This document shows positions 1 to 11,396 of a stretch of 64,000 nt of DNA, piece after piece. Under the pieces are notes generated by a model. The model saw only the letters and a program-made list of their open reading frames with translations. It searched no databases and was not told where the DNA came from. Each line of letters begins with the position of its first letter. The stretch's first letter is position 1. Made by a program: the position numbers and the translations under genes. The DNA is taken from assembly GCA_964016885.1 (NCBI GenBank), contig OZ024747.1, forward strand, positions 67,952,001 through 68,016,000. Direction: 5' to 3'. Source of the DNA: Eledone cirrhosa. Lineage: Eukaryota.

Positions 1-297
1 AAACAATAAAGGTTTCCATCCCGGGCCAGCAACGACCCAGTGCAGCAAAGTGAACTTGTACGACATAATAATTCTGAGTCCCGGGAAAAATATATACTAA
101 TGCTAACTCTAAAAGATCTAAAACAAGCTACAAGAAAGTTCGTACGAAATAAAGGTAGAATACGGAGAAATAAGTTCAGAATCCACCCCGCCCAAAAGAA
201 AAGCGAAGCAAGAAATACTGAAACGAAAAAATAAGGCATAAGTGCCACTAAGTACTCAATACTTGAGGTAGTAGAGTGGGTAATAGGAACCAGTAAG

Positions 298-391
298 ACC
301 CCGACAGCTGAGCTCAAGCCGTTTCGACGGCTAATTCTGGACTAAATGAACATTTATCCTGGTATTTAAATAGCCGATCTTCTCAAGGGGT
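298..391 (-). ncRNA. Type I hammerhead ribozyme, U3-A8 variant
   Basis: Exact reverse complement of 2816-2909. Confidence 0.75.
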
Positions 392-521
392 AATTCCATA
401 TATGGTCAAAGTGATTGTCAAAAATTCCATATATGGTCAAAGTGATTGTCAAAAATAAGGCATAAGTGCCACTAAGTACTCAATACTTGAGGTAGTAGAG
501 TGGGTAATAGGAACCAGTAAG

Positions 522-615
522 ACCCCGACAGCTGAGCTCAAGCCGTTTCGACGGCTAATTCTGGACTAAATGAACATTTATCCTGGTATTTAAATAGCCG
601 ATCTTTTCAAGGGGT
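522..615 (-). ncRNA. Type I hammerhead ribozyme, U3-A8 variant (core UUGAAAA)
   Basis: As 2816-2909; the only difference seen is at core position 7 (G>A), the unconstrained position. Confidence 0.75.
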
Positions 616-753
616 AATTCCATATATGGTCAAAGTGATTGTCAAAAATTCCATATATGGTCAAAGTGATTGTCAAAAATAAGGCATAAGTGCCACTAAG
701 TACTCAATACTTGAGGTAGTAGAGTGGGTAATAGGAACCAGTAAGACCCCGAC

Positions 754-1722
754 CTCGACCTCGAAAACGACCTGTACTACCCATACAGGAAACCTAATGA
801 CAATCTGCACTACATCCACCGCCGATCAAACCATCCTAGGAACATCACAAACAACCTGGTCAAAAACATCTCCCTCCGCATATCCCGTTTGTCAGCTAAT
901 GAGCGGATATTCGATGAACATGCGCCTTATTACAACCAGGCCCTCAAGCGGAGTGGTTTCCGGGAGGAAATATCCTACTGTCCAGATCCCATTAGCGGAA
1001 CCAGCAGGAGACACCGCCGCTCACGCAATGTAACATGGTTCAATCCTCCCCACAACGCAGAGGTGACTACTCCCATCGGGAAACTATTCTTTAGGCTCAT
1101 TGAAAAACACTTCCCATTACAACACCGCTACCACAACATAATTAACAAAAATACCATCAAACTCTCTTACAGCACTACACCAAACTTCGCACAAAACATC
1201 GTCTCCTCTAACAACAAAAAACTCAACCCCGATGGCAGAAATAACCTAAATAGCAGTGGAGAACCGACCAGGAGGTGTAACTGCCCGGATAGATCTATTT
1301 GCCCACTCGACAATAGATGCAGAGACCGTAATGTGATCTACCAGTGCAACGTGAGGACGGATACCTCCAACAAAGCCTATATAGGACTTACCGCATGTGA
1401 CTTCAAGACCCGGCTATACCAACATAGACATACCTTCCGAAACCCGGCCCGGCGTCACGCCACTACACTTTCGGGCCACATATGGGACCTCAAGGACAAC
1501 AACATTACCTATGATCTCACTTGGAGATTACTGTCCAGAGCCAATTCTTACACGGGAGGACGCCGTCCGTGCAATTTATGCTCGGAGGAAACTTTACAAA
1601 TGCTGTTTTCGACGGACCAACTCCTAAACAAGAAAGATGAACTGGTTACTGCATGTAAACATAGATTGCGTAGGACTTACCTCGCCCTCAAACCCCATAA
1701 TGACCCGGGGGGGGTAGACTAG
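754..1722 (+). pseudogene. 5'-truncated copy of the PLE ORF (RT C-terminus + GIY-YIG)
   Basis: Matches 4286-5248 except a synonymous change and a G8 vs G7 run (ends PGGVD* vs PGG*). There is no true start. Confidence 0.9.
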
Positions 1723-2815
1723 GGCTATAACACCCCAGTTGCCGATTTTGCAATGGGTAACCCCTGCTTGCCAAGGAAGACGTAAGATCTTCTTTGTATT
1801 CTTTTATCGCATCCTTTATTTCCTTCCCCCCTCTCTCCTTTGTCCTTCTACCCCAGCTCTTCTCCTTTGTCGGCGTCTTTTCTCGCCCACCCGAGGATGC
1901 CCTTTGGCCCCATGTAGCCTTAGTACCCCCACTCCCCCCTCCCCTAGTCTTTGATAGATTTGGCGGACTCCGCCCTTTATAGCAGTTGGCTTAGACCCCG
2001 GATACTTGCCCCCCTTTTCCGACCGCTCCCACTATTCTCTGTGCCCTCTATATTTCTTAGTGGCACTTATGCCTTATTTTTTCGTTTCAGTATTTCTTGC
2101 TTCGCTTTTCTTTTGGGCGGGGTGGATTCTGAACTTATTTCTCCGTATTCTACCTTTATTTCGTACGAACTTTCTTGTAGCTTGTTTTAGATCTTTTAGA
2201 GTTAGCATTAGTATATATTTTTCCCGGGACTCAGAATTATTATGTCGTACAAGTTCACTTTGCTGCACTGGGTCGTTGCTGGCCCGGGATGGAAACCTTT
2301 ATTGTTTATTTCGTGGTAGTCTCTTTAGTATTTTGGCCCCTTTTGTTGACCAGTCACCGTATCATTTACGTACTTATACCTCTTAAAAGGGTCCTTGCCT
2401 AATTCGTCCCACCTAGTTCCTTTACTTATTTCCTTATTTATTTATTTATTTATTTATTTACTTCTTTCTTTCTTTCTTTATTTTATTCTCGCCTAACAAT
2501 AGCCTGACACCTAGGTCGTAGAATTTAATTTTTTCTTTACACTTATTTGCTTTTCTTCACTCTCAGTATTTTTTCTTTCCTATTTTTACCCCCCATTGTT
2601 CTACCTACCGTTCCGACTTCCTCCCCCTCCCCCTCCCCTGTATCTTCTTTGACCTCATGCCCAGCTGTAGCTGGCACTACCAACGCTTGATTGGGTCTAC
2701 TCCACCCCCTCCCCTCTTTCTCCTACTGGCAGGTTTAGCCACCATCTCCCCTACTAATCTGCAACCACAGAATTACTACTGATTTTTGACAATCACTTTG
2801 ACCATATATGGAATT

Positions 2816-2909
2816 ACCCCTTGAGAAGATCGGCTATTTAAATACCAGGATAAATGTTCATTTAGTCCAGAATTAGCCGTCGAAACGGCTTGAGCTCAGC
2901 TGTCGGGGT
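2816..2909 (+). ncRNA. Type I hammerhead ribozyme, U3-A8 variant, in PLE pLTR
   Basis: Stem I ACCCC/GGGGT; core TTGAGAA; stem II GA(T)CGGCTA...TAGCCGTC with a long loop; GAAA; stem III ACGGC-(T TGAGCTCA)-GCTGT; GUC cleavage triplet 2902-2904. Confidence 0.78.
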
Positions 2910-3094
2910 CTTACTGGTTCCTATTACCCACTCTACTACCTCAAGTATTGAGTACTTTGGTGCGTTATGGTCCACCTGGTTCCTTACCACATTTCCTTCG
3001 TTATCTAGCTCCTACTCCCGTAGTAGAGCACTTTCCGACCCTACCACGCCGTATCCAGACTTTTCCGCTAAGCTCAATTCATTTCACCCGCACC

Positions 3095-5248
3095 ATGCGA
3101 AAACACAACATTGACTTCTCTACCAAGAACATCCCAATCCCACCGAAAAAACTTTACCTTCGGATGCTCACGCAAAAAATTGATCTATTTGCGAAAAGAC
3201 TTAGATGGAGAACTTTTTTCTATGACAGATATTGCGACAACCAAGACTTCGGCACCAAGGAGAGATTCGGATTTATTACCTACAAATCTCCGCCCCTGAA
3301 CCCCTTGCTCGCACCCTTCGAGAATGACCTCTTCCAACTGGTCAAGAACATTAAATTTAAACCCAGACACAACCGATTCCTACAAAAACTCCGTAGCAAC
3401 TTAACAGAGTATGATAACACAAATGACATCATGGTGCATTCGGATAAAACTGGGAACCTATACTTTGTCAACCCTGACAGATACCACACACTGATCAGGA
3501 GCAGCCTAAACTCCACCTATAAAAAGGCCAACCACTCTTGCATCGAGGACATAAATCGAGATGGACAACAAATCACCTCCAGCCTCGGGGTCGCCGACCG
3601 CACGGAACCTCTAGACCCACGGACACCATACTTCACACTGAAGGACCATAAATCCGATTTTGACCGTAAACCCTCCATCAGGCTTATTAACCCAACGAAG
3701 TCCGACATAGGGAGAATCAGCAAAAAAATCCTAGACCGCGTGATACCAAAAGTCAAGCAACACACCCGACTTAGCCTATGGATCAACACCCAGGAAGTAA
3801 TCTCCTGGTTCAGCAATATGGAGGATAAACGAGAAACTAAATTCATACAGTTCGACATAGAGAGCTACTATGCTTCAATCACCTTACCGCTACTTACTGC
3901 CGCCTTGCACTTCGCCGAAACACTTGTGCCCATCACCGACCAGGAAAGAAAAATCATCCTCCACGCCAGGAAGACAGTCTTACTCTTTGACGACTCTAAA
4001 TGGATAAAAAGAGCTCCCGACTCACCCTTCGACGTCAGCATGGGCGCCACGGATTCGGCGGAGGTCACTGATCTTATAGGATTATTCCTAATAGCCAAAC
4101 TCACTGATATGTTTCCTGCATTCGGTGGTGGATTGTACCGTGATGATGGGCTCCTTACCCTTAAAGGGTACAACCCCAGTAGTACAGATCGGGTCCGGAA
4201 ACAATTAATCAGATTCTTCCGCGACTGGGGATTTAAAATAACCCTACAAACGTCCCTGACCCGAGTAAACTTCCTGGACGTAACCCTCGACCTCGAAAAC
4301 GACCTGTACTACCCATACAGGAAACCTAATGACAATCTGCACTACATCCACCGCCGATCAAACCATCCTAGGAACATCACAAACAACCTGGTCAAAAACA
4401 TCTCCCTCCGCATATCTCGTTTGTCAGCTAATGAGCGGATATTCGATGAACATGCGCCTTATTACAACCAGGCCCTCAAGCGGAGTGGTTTCCGGGAGGA
4501 AATATCCTACTGTCCAGATCCCATTAGCGGAACCAGCAGGAGACACCGCCGCTCACGCAATGTAACATGGTTCAATCCTCCCCACAACGCAGAGGTGACT
4601 ACTCCCATCGGGAAACTATTCTTTAGGCTCATTGAAAAACACTTCCCATTACAACACCGCTACCACAACATAATTAACAAAAATACCATCAAACTCTCTT
4701 ACAGCACTACACCAAACTTCGCACAAAACATCGTCTCCTCTAACAACAAAAAACTCAACCCCGATGGCAGAAATAACCTAAATAGCAGTGGAGAACCGAC
4801 CAGGAGGTGTAACTGCCCGGATAGATCTATTTGCCCACTCGACAATAGATGCAGAGACCGTAATGTGATCTACCAGTGCAACGTGAGGACGGATACCTCC
4901 AACAAAGCCTATATAGGACTTACCGCATGTGACTTCAAGACCCGGCTATACCAACATAGACATACCTTCCGAAACCCGGCCCGGCGTCACGCCACTACAC
5001 TTTCGGGCCACATATGGGACCTCAAGGACAACAACATTACCTATGATCTCACTTGGAGATTACTGTCCAGAGCCAATTCTTACACGGGAGGACGCCGTCC
5101 GTGCAATTTATGCTCGGAGGAAACTTTACAAATGCTGTTTTCGACGGACCAACTCCTAAACAAGAAAGATGAACTGGTTACTGCATGTAAACATAGATTG
5201 CGTAGGACTTACCTCGCCCTCAAACCCCATAATGACCCGGGGGGGTAG
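3095..5248 (+). CDS. Intact PLE polyprotein (717 aa from ATG 3095; open frame from 2948): reverse transcriptase + GIY-YIG endonuclease, Naiad-like by inference
   Basis: RT motifs QFDIESYY, SMGATDSAEVTDLIG, LYRDDGL, VNFLDVTL, YRKP, SNHP; linker WFNPP and CNCxxxxxCPL; GIY-YIG motif VIYQCNV...AYIGLT...FKTRLYQH; C-terminal CNLC and LLN. No internal stops. Confidence 0.95.
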   Translation: MRKHNIDFSTKNIPIPPKKLYLRMLTQKIDLFAKRLRWRTFFYDRYCDNQDFGTKERFGFITYKSPPLNPLLAPFENDLFQLVKNIKFKPRHNRFLQKLRSNLTEYDNTNDIMVHSDKTGNLYFVNPDRYHTLIRSSLNSTYKKANHSCIEDINRDGQQITSSLGVADRTEPLDPRTPYFTLKDHKSDFDRKPSIRLINPTKSDIGRISKKILDRVIPKVKQHTRLSLWINTQEVISWFSNMEDKRETKFIQFDIESYYASITLPLLTAALHFAETLVPITDQERKIILHARKTVLLFDDSKWIKRAPDSPFDVSMGATDSAEVTDLIGLFLIAKLTDMFPAFGGGLYRDDGLLTLKGYNPSSTDRVRKQLIRFFRDWGFKITLQTSLTRVNFLDVTLDLENDLYYPYRKPNDNLHYIHRRSNHPRNITNNLVKNISLRISRLSANERIFDEHAPYYNQALKRSGFREEISYCPDPISGTSRRHRRSRNVTWFNPPHNAEVTTPIGKLFFRLIEKHFPLQHRYHNIINKNTIKLSYSTTPNFAQNIVSSNNKKLNPDGRNNLNSSGEPTRRCNCPDRSICPLDNRCRDRNVIYQCNVRTDTSNKAYIGLTACDFKTRLYQHRHTFRNPARRHATTLSGHIWDLKDNNITYDLTWRLLSRANSYTGGRRPCNLCSEETLQMLFSTDQLLNKKDELVTACKHRLRRTYLALKPHNDPGG

Positions 5249-6346
5249 ACTAGGGCTATAACACCCCAGTTGCCGATTTTGCAATGGGTAACCCCTGCTT
5301 GCCAAGGAAGACGTAAGATCTTCTTTGTATTCTTTTATCGCATCCTTTATTTCCTTCCCCCCTCTCTCCTTTGTCCTTCTACCCCTGCTCTTCTCCTTTG
5401 TCGGCGTCTTTTCTCGCCCACCCGAGGATGCCCTTTGGCCCCATGTAGCCTTAGTACCCCCACTCCCCCCTCCCCTAGTCTTTGATAGATTTGGCGGACT
5501 CCGCCCTTTATAGCAGTTGGCTTAGACCCCGGATACTTGCCCCCCTTTTCCGACCGCTCCCACTATTCTCTGTGCCCTCTATATTTCTTAGTGGCACTTA
5601 TGCCTTATTTTTTCGTTTCAGTATTTCTTGCTTCGCTTTTCTTTTGGGCGGGGTGGATTCTGAACTTATTTCTCCGTATTCTACCTTTATTTCGTACGAA
5701 CTTTCTTGTAGCTTGTTTTAGATCTTTTAGAGTTAGCATTAGTATATATTTTTCCCGGGACTCAGAATTATTATGTCGTACAAGTTCACTTTGCTGCACT
5801 GGGTCGTTGCTGGCCCGGGATGGAAACCTTTATTGTTTATTTCGTGGTAGTCTCTTTAGTATTTTGGCCCCTTTTGTTGACCAGTCACCGTATCATTTAC
5901 GTACTTATACCTCTTAAAAGGGTCCTTGCCTAATTCGTCCCACCTAGTTCTTTTACTTATTTCCTTATTTATTTATTTATTTATTTATTTACTTCTTTCT
6001 TTCTTTCTTTATTTTATTCTCGCCTAACAATAGCCTGACACCTAGGTCGTAGAATTTAATTTTTTCTTTACACTTATTTGCTTTTCTTCACTCTCAGTAT
6101 TTTTTCTTTCCTATTTTTACCCCCCATTGTTCTACCTACCGTTCCGACTTCCTCCCCCTCCCCCTCCCCTGTATCTTCTTTGACCTCATGCCCAGCTGTA
6201 GCTGGCACTACCAACGCTTGATTGGGTCTACTCCACCCCCTCCCCTCTTTCTCCTACTGGCAGGTTTAGCCACCATCTCCCCTACTAATCTGCAACCACA
6301 GAATTACTACTGATTTTTGACAATCACTTTGACCATATATGGAATT

Positions 6347-6440
6347 ACCCCTTGAGAAGATCGGCTATTTAAATACCAGGATAAATGTTCATTTAGTCCA
6401 GAATTAGCCGTCGAAACGGCTTGAGCTCAGCTGTCGGGGT
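6347..6440 (+). ncRNA. Type I hammerhead ribozyme, U3-A8 variant, second pLTR
   Basis: Identical to 2816-2909; predicted cleavage after C6435. Confidence 0.78.
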
Positions 6441-6450
6441 CTTACTGGTT

Positions 6451-7030
<580 letters not shown>

Positions 7031-7280
7031 TAGTTATATGAAGAGAGGGGAGGTGCAATATATTTACATGAGTTTGAGGGACTTCGTTTGAAAGCATACA
7101 GATTAGATTTAACTAAGACTTAACAGATTAGTTATTGTTAGCAATAACAGCATGGTTTCCAACTTTGTTTTCTTAGCAATTGCATAGAATAATCTTAATT
7201 TTCCAGACTTACTTTTACTAAAATTTATACTGAAATATTTACAGACAATGCCTCGGTTAATGTAGAAACTTTTAATAACA

Positions 7281-7660
7281 GTTTCTACTTTAGGCACAAA
7301 GCCAGCAATTACCCCAGTGTATTACTAATGCTTTATTTTGTCGACCCCGTAAGGATGAAAGGCAAAGTTAACCTCGACGGGATTTGAAGTCAGACCCTAA
7401 TGGGACGTAACTATGCTAGAACGCATGACGTCCAAACTACCGATACTGCCAATTCACTGCTCTTTTAATAATTGTTGCGACTTTTGGCACAAGGCCACCA
7501 ATTATTCCAGTGCATTACTGGTACTTTATTTTATCGACCCCGTAAGGATGAAAGGCAAAGTTAACCTCGGCGGGATTTGAACTCAGATCGTAAAGGGACG
7601 TAACTCTATGCCGGAGAGCATGGCGCCCGACCCTCTACCGATACTGCCAATCCACTGCTC
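7281..7660 (-). mobile_element. Two tandem tRNA-derived SINE copies (family 1)
   Basis: Reverse complement of ggcagtatcggtagagg...gagttcaaatcccgccgaggttaactttgcctttcatcc...gtcgataaaataaagtaccag; B-box-like GTTCAAATCC; many copies in the window. Confidence 0.85.
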
Positions 7661-8102
7661 TAAACTTTTTAATAATATTAGTTTCCAACGTACGGATGCC
7701 TATCTGCAATATGTGTGATCGTGGTGGCAAGTAAGAGATCTTTCTCATATTCTGATGATCAAAATTCACTGAAAAACAACATTGGTGTAACTACCTTGAA
7801 ATCTATCAATACACATTAAGGGTCAGTCCTCCTCGGGGTCCCGGCGGACAGGATGGATACACTTGACAATGGCAGTTAATAATTGACAACTATAGTTCTG
7901 ATTCTGAACTGTAGTCAACAATAGTTTACATCAATACATCAATAACTCTTAAAACTTATTCTGAGCGCCAAACTAATAACTTTAATTTTCATACTTTAAT
8001 AAAAAGTGTCAACCCTCTACTTAAAATTTCGAAGAACATTCTCCTCCGAAACATCTGATATTTACACCCATTTGGCATGTTAGTTTATATATTCTATGAA
8101 TA

Positions 8103-8283
8103 TTTGGCAGTATCGGTAGAGGGTTGGACGCCATGCTTTCTAGCATAGTTACATCTCTTTACGATCTGAGTTCAAATCCCGCCGAGGTTAACTTTGCCTT
8201 TCATCCTTACGGGTCGATAAAATAAAGTACCAGTAATGTACTGGGTAATTGCTGGCCTTGTGCCAAAAGTGGAAACAATTATT
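8103..8283 (+). mobile_element. tRNA-derived SINE (family 1)
   Basis: A-box-like TGGCAGTATCGG, B-box-like GAGTTCAAATCCC, shared body and tail. Confidence 0.85.
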
Positions 8284-8649
8284 AACTATTGTTTGTCTAA
8301 ATAAACTCTCACTAGTTTTTATTTTTAATATATAGTTGTTGTTTGTTTTATCCCTCTTGTTTTTTTAACAGTTTTAGTTAAATGAAGTTATAACAATACA
8401 AATTCACATTCAATTTTCTTATTTCTTTCTATATAATATACTAGAATGTACTTTGATATAGTTGCTTACAGATTCAAAAACATCAACAATAAAAATGATT
8501 TGATGTATGGAAAAAAAATAACAAACGCATCTGCTTGTTTGCCAGAAAGAAAGGAAAACAAACAACAAAAGAGAAGTAATTAAAAGAATATATAAGAATA
8601 TATTCAACATGTAGGTTTAGATTTCAGATATTAACAAAAATATGTGGAT

Positions 8650-8655
8650 ACACAT

Positions 8656-8692
<37 letters not shown>

Positions 8693-9069
8693 CATACATA
8701 CACACACACACACACAAACACACACTCACATGCACAAACACACACACACACATGCAAACACATACGCACACACGCGTACACACACACGCACACATACGTA
8801 CACACACACACGCACACATACACACACATACATACATACACACATACACACAAACACGCACACATACGTACACATACACACACACATACACACACATACA
8901 TACATACATACACATACACACATACATACATACACACACACACACATATATATGTATGTGTATGCGTAATAATATATGTGTATGTATGTGCATGTATATA
9001 TATGCATATATATATATGTGTGTATATGCATAATAATATGTGTATGTATGTGCATGTATATATATATGC

Positions 9070-9122
<53 letters not shown>
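8650..9122. repeat. Compound (CA)n/(TA)n/(TG)n microsatellite
   Basis: Visible in sequence. Confidence 0.95.
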
Positions 9123-9123
<1 letters not shown>

Positions 9124-9536
9124 ACGACAAGAAATAAGCAGTAATGACGAAACAGTGTACAAGTACTTTTAGAAATTTGACATAACTGTGGAGCAATATT
9201 TCATTTTTCCCCTCTGCACAAGGTCAGCAAATACCCAGTACTGTATGCATCAAAGCATGGCATCCGACCCTCTACCGATACTACCAATTCACGAAATTAA
9301 TGTTAATACTTTGTTGATGGGTCATGCAAACAAGATGTAAACATTGTTGGGACATGTTGTCTCTTTGTCTTGCTTCTCTTTCTAACTTGATCTTGTCGCT
9401 GCCATGGTGTAATCTGAAAGTGGATGTGGCGCCATTGCAAAAGACCCTTTAGTAGTGTAATGTAAGTAGAGTCCACTACTTGGATCTCAAGTGCTCTAAA
9501 TAGTAGGGTGACTATCTATCTATCTATCTATCTATA

Positions 9537-9567
<31 letters not shown>

Positions 9568-9585
9568 ATATCTATCTATCTATCT

Positions 9586-10465
9586 AGGTGCGACGACGCC
9601 CTCGGAGAAGCCCTAGACATGGAGGAGGACGAACTGGCCAGCCTGTTCGGTAGGACATTCAGCCCGGGACCTATGGACAACTTCCAGAAGTCCCTGGCCT
9701 GGCAGTGCTACCGAGGGGCTTTACCCGTTCGAGAAAGGCTCTACAGACACGGGCGCCCGGGTAGGGACCCCGCCAAAAAGATCTGTCCCAGATGCGTGTG
9801 CGACGAGGAAACCGTTGCACACGCATTAGTACACTGCTCGGGCGTAGCCGATCTGTGGGGCTATGTCGAACAACTGCTGTCAAGGGTGGGACCGATCCGG
9901 TTAACCACCGAGTCTATTGTAATGATCAAGCCGCCTCCCCCCTTCAAAGATGAAGCAGAGGCGGTGTTTCTGTGCGTAATAGCCATGGCGAAAGAGGTTG
10001 TATGGTGGACGCGTCTGAAAGGACTGAGGTCGGGCACCTTTCTCTCTGGCCAACAACTGGTCCGTTTCTTCCGATATCATTTCAGAAGAAGGATCAGGAT
10101 GGAGAGAGAGGTGCTGCACCCCAGCCGTTTCTATGAAAGATGGGTGAAAGTGGCGAGAATGGCCCGTGTGAATGGGCCTTCACTCTACATCAGACTATAG
10201 GTGAGGAAGATGAAAGACCAAGGGAGCACCCCTTCTCTGTGCTCCTGAGGAGAAGGGTTGCACACTTTTTTCGGGGGTGTGTGCGACCCCCCAAGGCGCC
10301 TCCTCTCTATTGAGGATTTTGTTAAAAATTTTATTTTTTGTTATATCTTATTTTATTTTTATATTTTGTTATTGCCTCCTCCTTATTGAGGACGCCTTTT
10401 TGTGTAAACTCCCCCCTTTGTACTTGTCCCACTTTTGATGCCCTAGTGGCAAATAAAAGAAATAT
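9586..10465 (+). mobile_element. 5'-truncated Tx1/L1-type LINE (ORF2 C-terminus + 3'UTR) within (CTAT)n
   Basis: Protein CDDALGEALDMEEDELASLFGRTF...CPRC...HALVHC...SLYIRL* is near identical to the C-terminus of 35159-37843. Same 3' end gtggcaaataaa; (CTAT)n on both sides. Confidence 0.92.
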
Positions 10466-10476
10466 ATCTATCTATA

Positions 10477-10527
<51 letters not shown>

Positions 10528-10544
10528 ATATCTATCTATCTATA

Positions 10545-10885
10545 GCCTTAGAAAGTCCGTTGTTGGACATAGGCATCTCGGAGCTGCGCCTTCTTTGCCG
10601 ATCCTGATCCAGAAGGTGACGCCTGTGGTCCATCTCTTGTCAGTTATTCTGGCAATGTGTTATGTCCACTTCCATTTTGTTTTGCTAATGATTTTTCTAG
10701 GATGTCACGACCTTTTCTTTTTTCCTCGGATCCATTCGGCAGTTTTCCAATCTCACCATGTAATGTTTGACATGGTCCTTTCGTGGGCTAGTCACAGTCT
10801 TCGTAAGTTTAGTGCTTGCTTGTTTGTTAGGCTCCACGTTTCTGATCCGTAGGTGACAGTCGGCACAATACACTGGTAATAAACT
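10545..10885 (-). mobile_element. Degenerate RTE-like LINE 3' fragment
   Basis: Disrupted translation IVPTVTYGSETWSLT...HERTMSNITW*DWKTAEWIR resembles the post-RT region of RTE-type LINEs. Confidence 0.6.
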
Positions 10886-10888
10886 AAT

Positions 10889-11057
10889 GCCACCACCACC
10901 ACCACCACCACCACCGCAACTATTACTATTACTACTACTACTTCTGATGCATACAACAACTACTACTACTACTACCACCACCACCACCACCACCACCACC
11001 ACTACTGCTACTACCACCACCACCACCACCACCACTACTGCTACTACCACCACCACC

Positions 11058-11089
<32 letters not shown>

Positions 11090-11207
11090 CACTGCTACTA
11101 CTACTACTACTACTACTTCTGATGCAATTACTACAACAACTACTACTACTAATAATAATAATAATAATAATACTACCACCACCACCACTACTGCTACTAC
11201 TACCACT

Positions 11208-11249
<42 letters not shown>

Positions 11250-11337
11250 GATGTTGCTGCTGGTACTACAACTATAACTACGACTACTACGAGAACTACT
11301 GCTACTACCACCACCACTACTACCACCACCACCGCCC

Positions 11338-11395
<58 letters not shown>

Positions 11396-11396
11396 A
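10889..11396. repeat. (ACC)n/(ACT)n trinucleotide array
   Basis: Visible; the poly-T/V/S ORFs are artefacts. Confidence 0.95.

Larger units (their letters stand above)
1..753 (-). mobile_element. Inverted, rearranged PLE 3'UTR/pLTR segments including 224-bp tandem units
   Basis: 1-251 is the reverse complement of ~2056-2307. 252-424 is the reverse complement of ~2783-2955. The anchor accccgac recurs at 298, 522 and 746 (224-bp period). Confidence 0.92.

Noticed and set aside
226-753. CRISPR-like array
   Set aside because: Units are identical with no unique spacers, derive from the PLE, and the context is eukaryotic.
1739-2386. Small ORFs in the PLE 3'UTR (also 40-234 and 5270-5917)
   Set aside because: Overlapping short frames in pyrimidine-rich UTR with non-ATG starts; repeated only because the DNA is duplicated.
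3095-5248. Selenoprotein-type PLE
   Set aside because: No in-frame UGA in the ORF; it ends in UAG.
8103-8185. tRNA genes at A/B-box motifs
   Set aside because: No full cloverleaf; they continue into shared SINE bodies.
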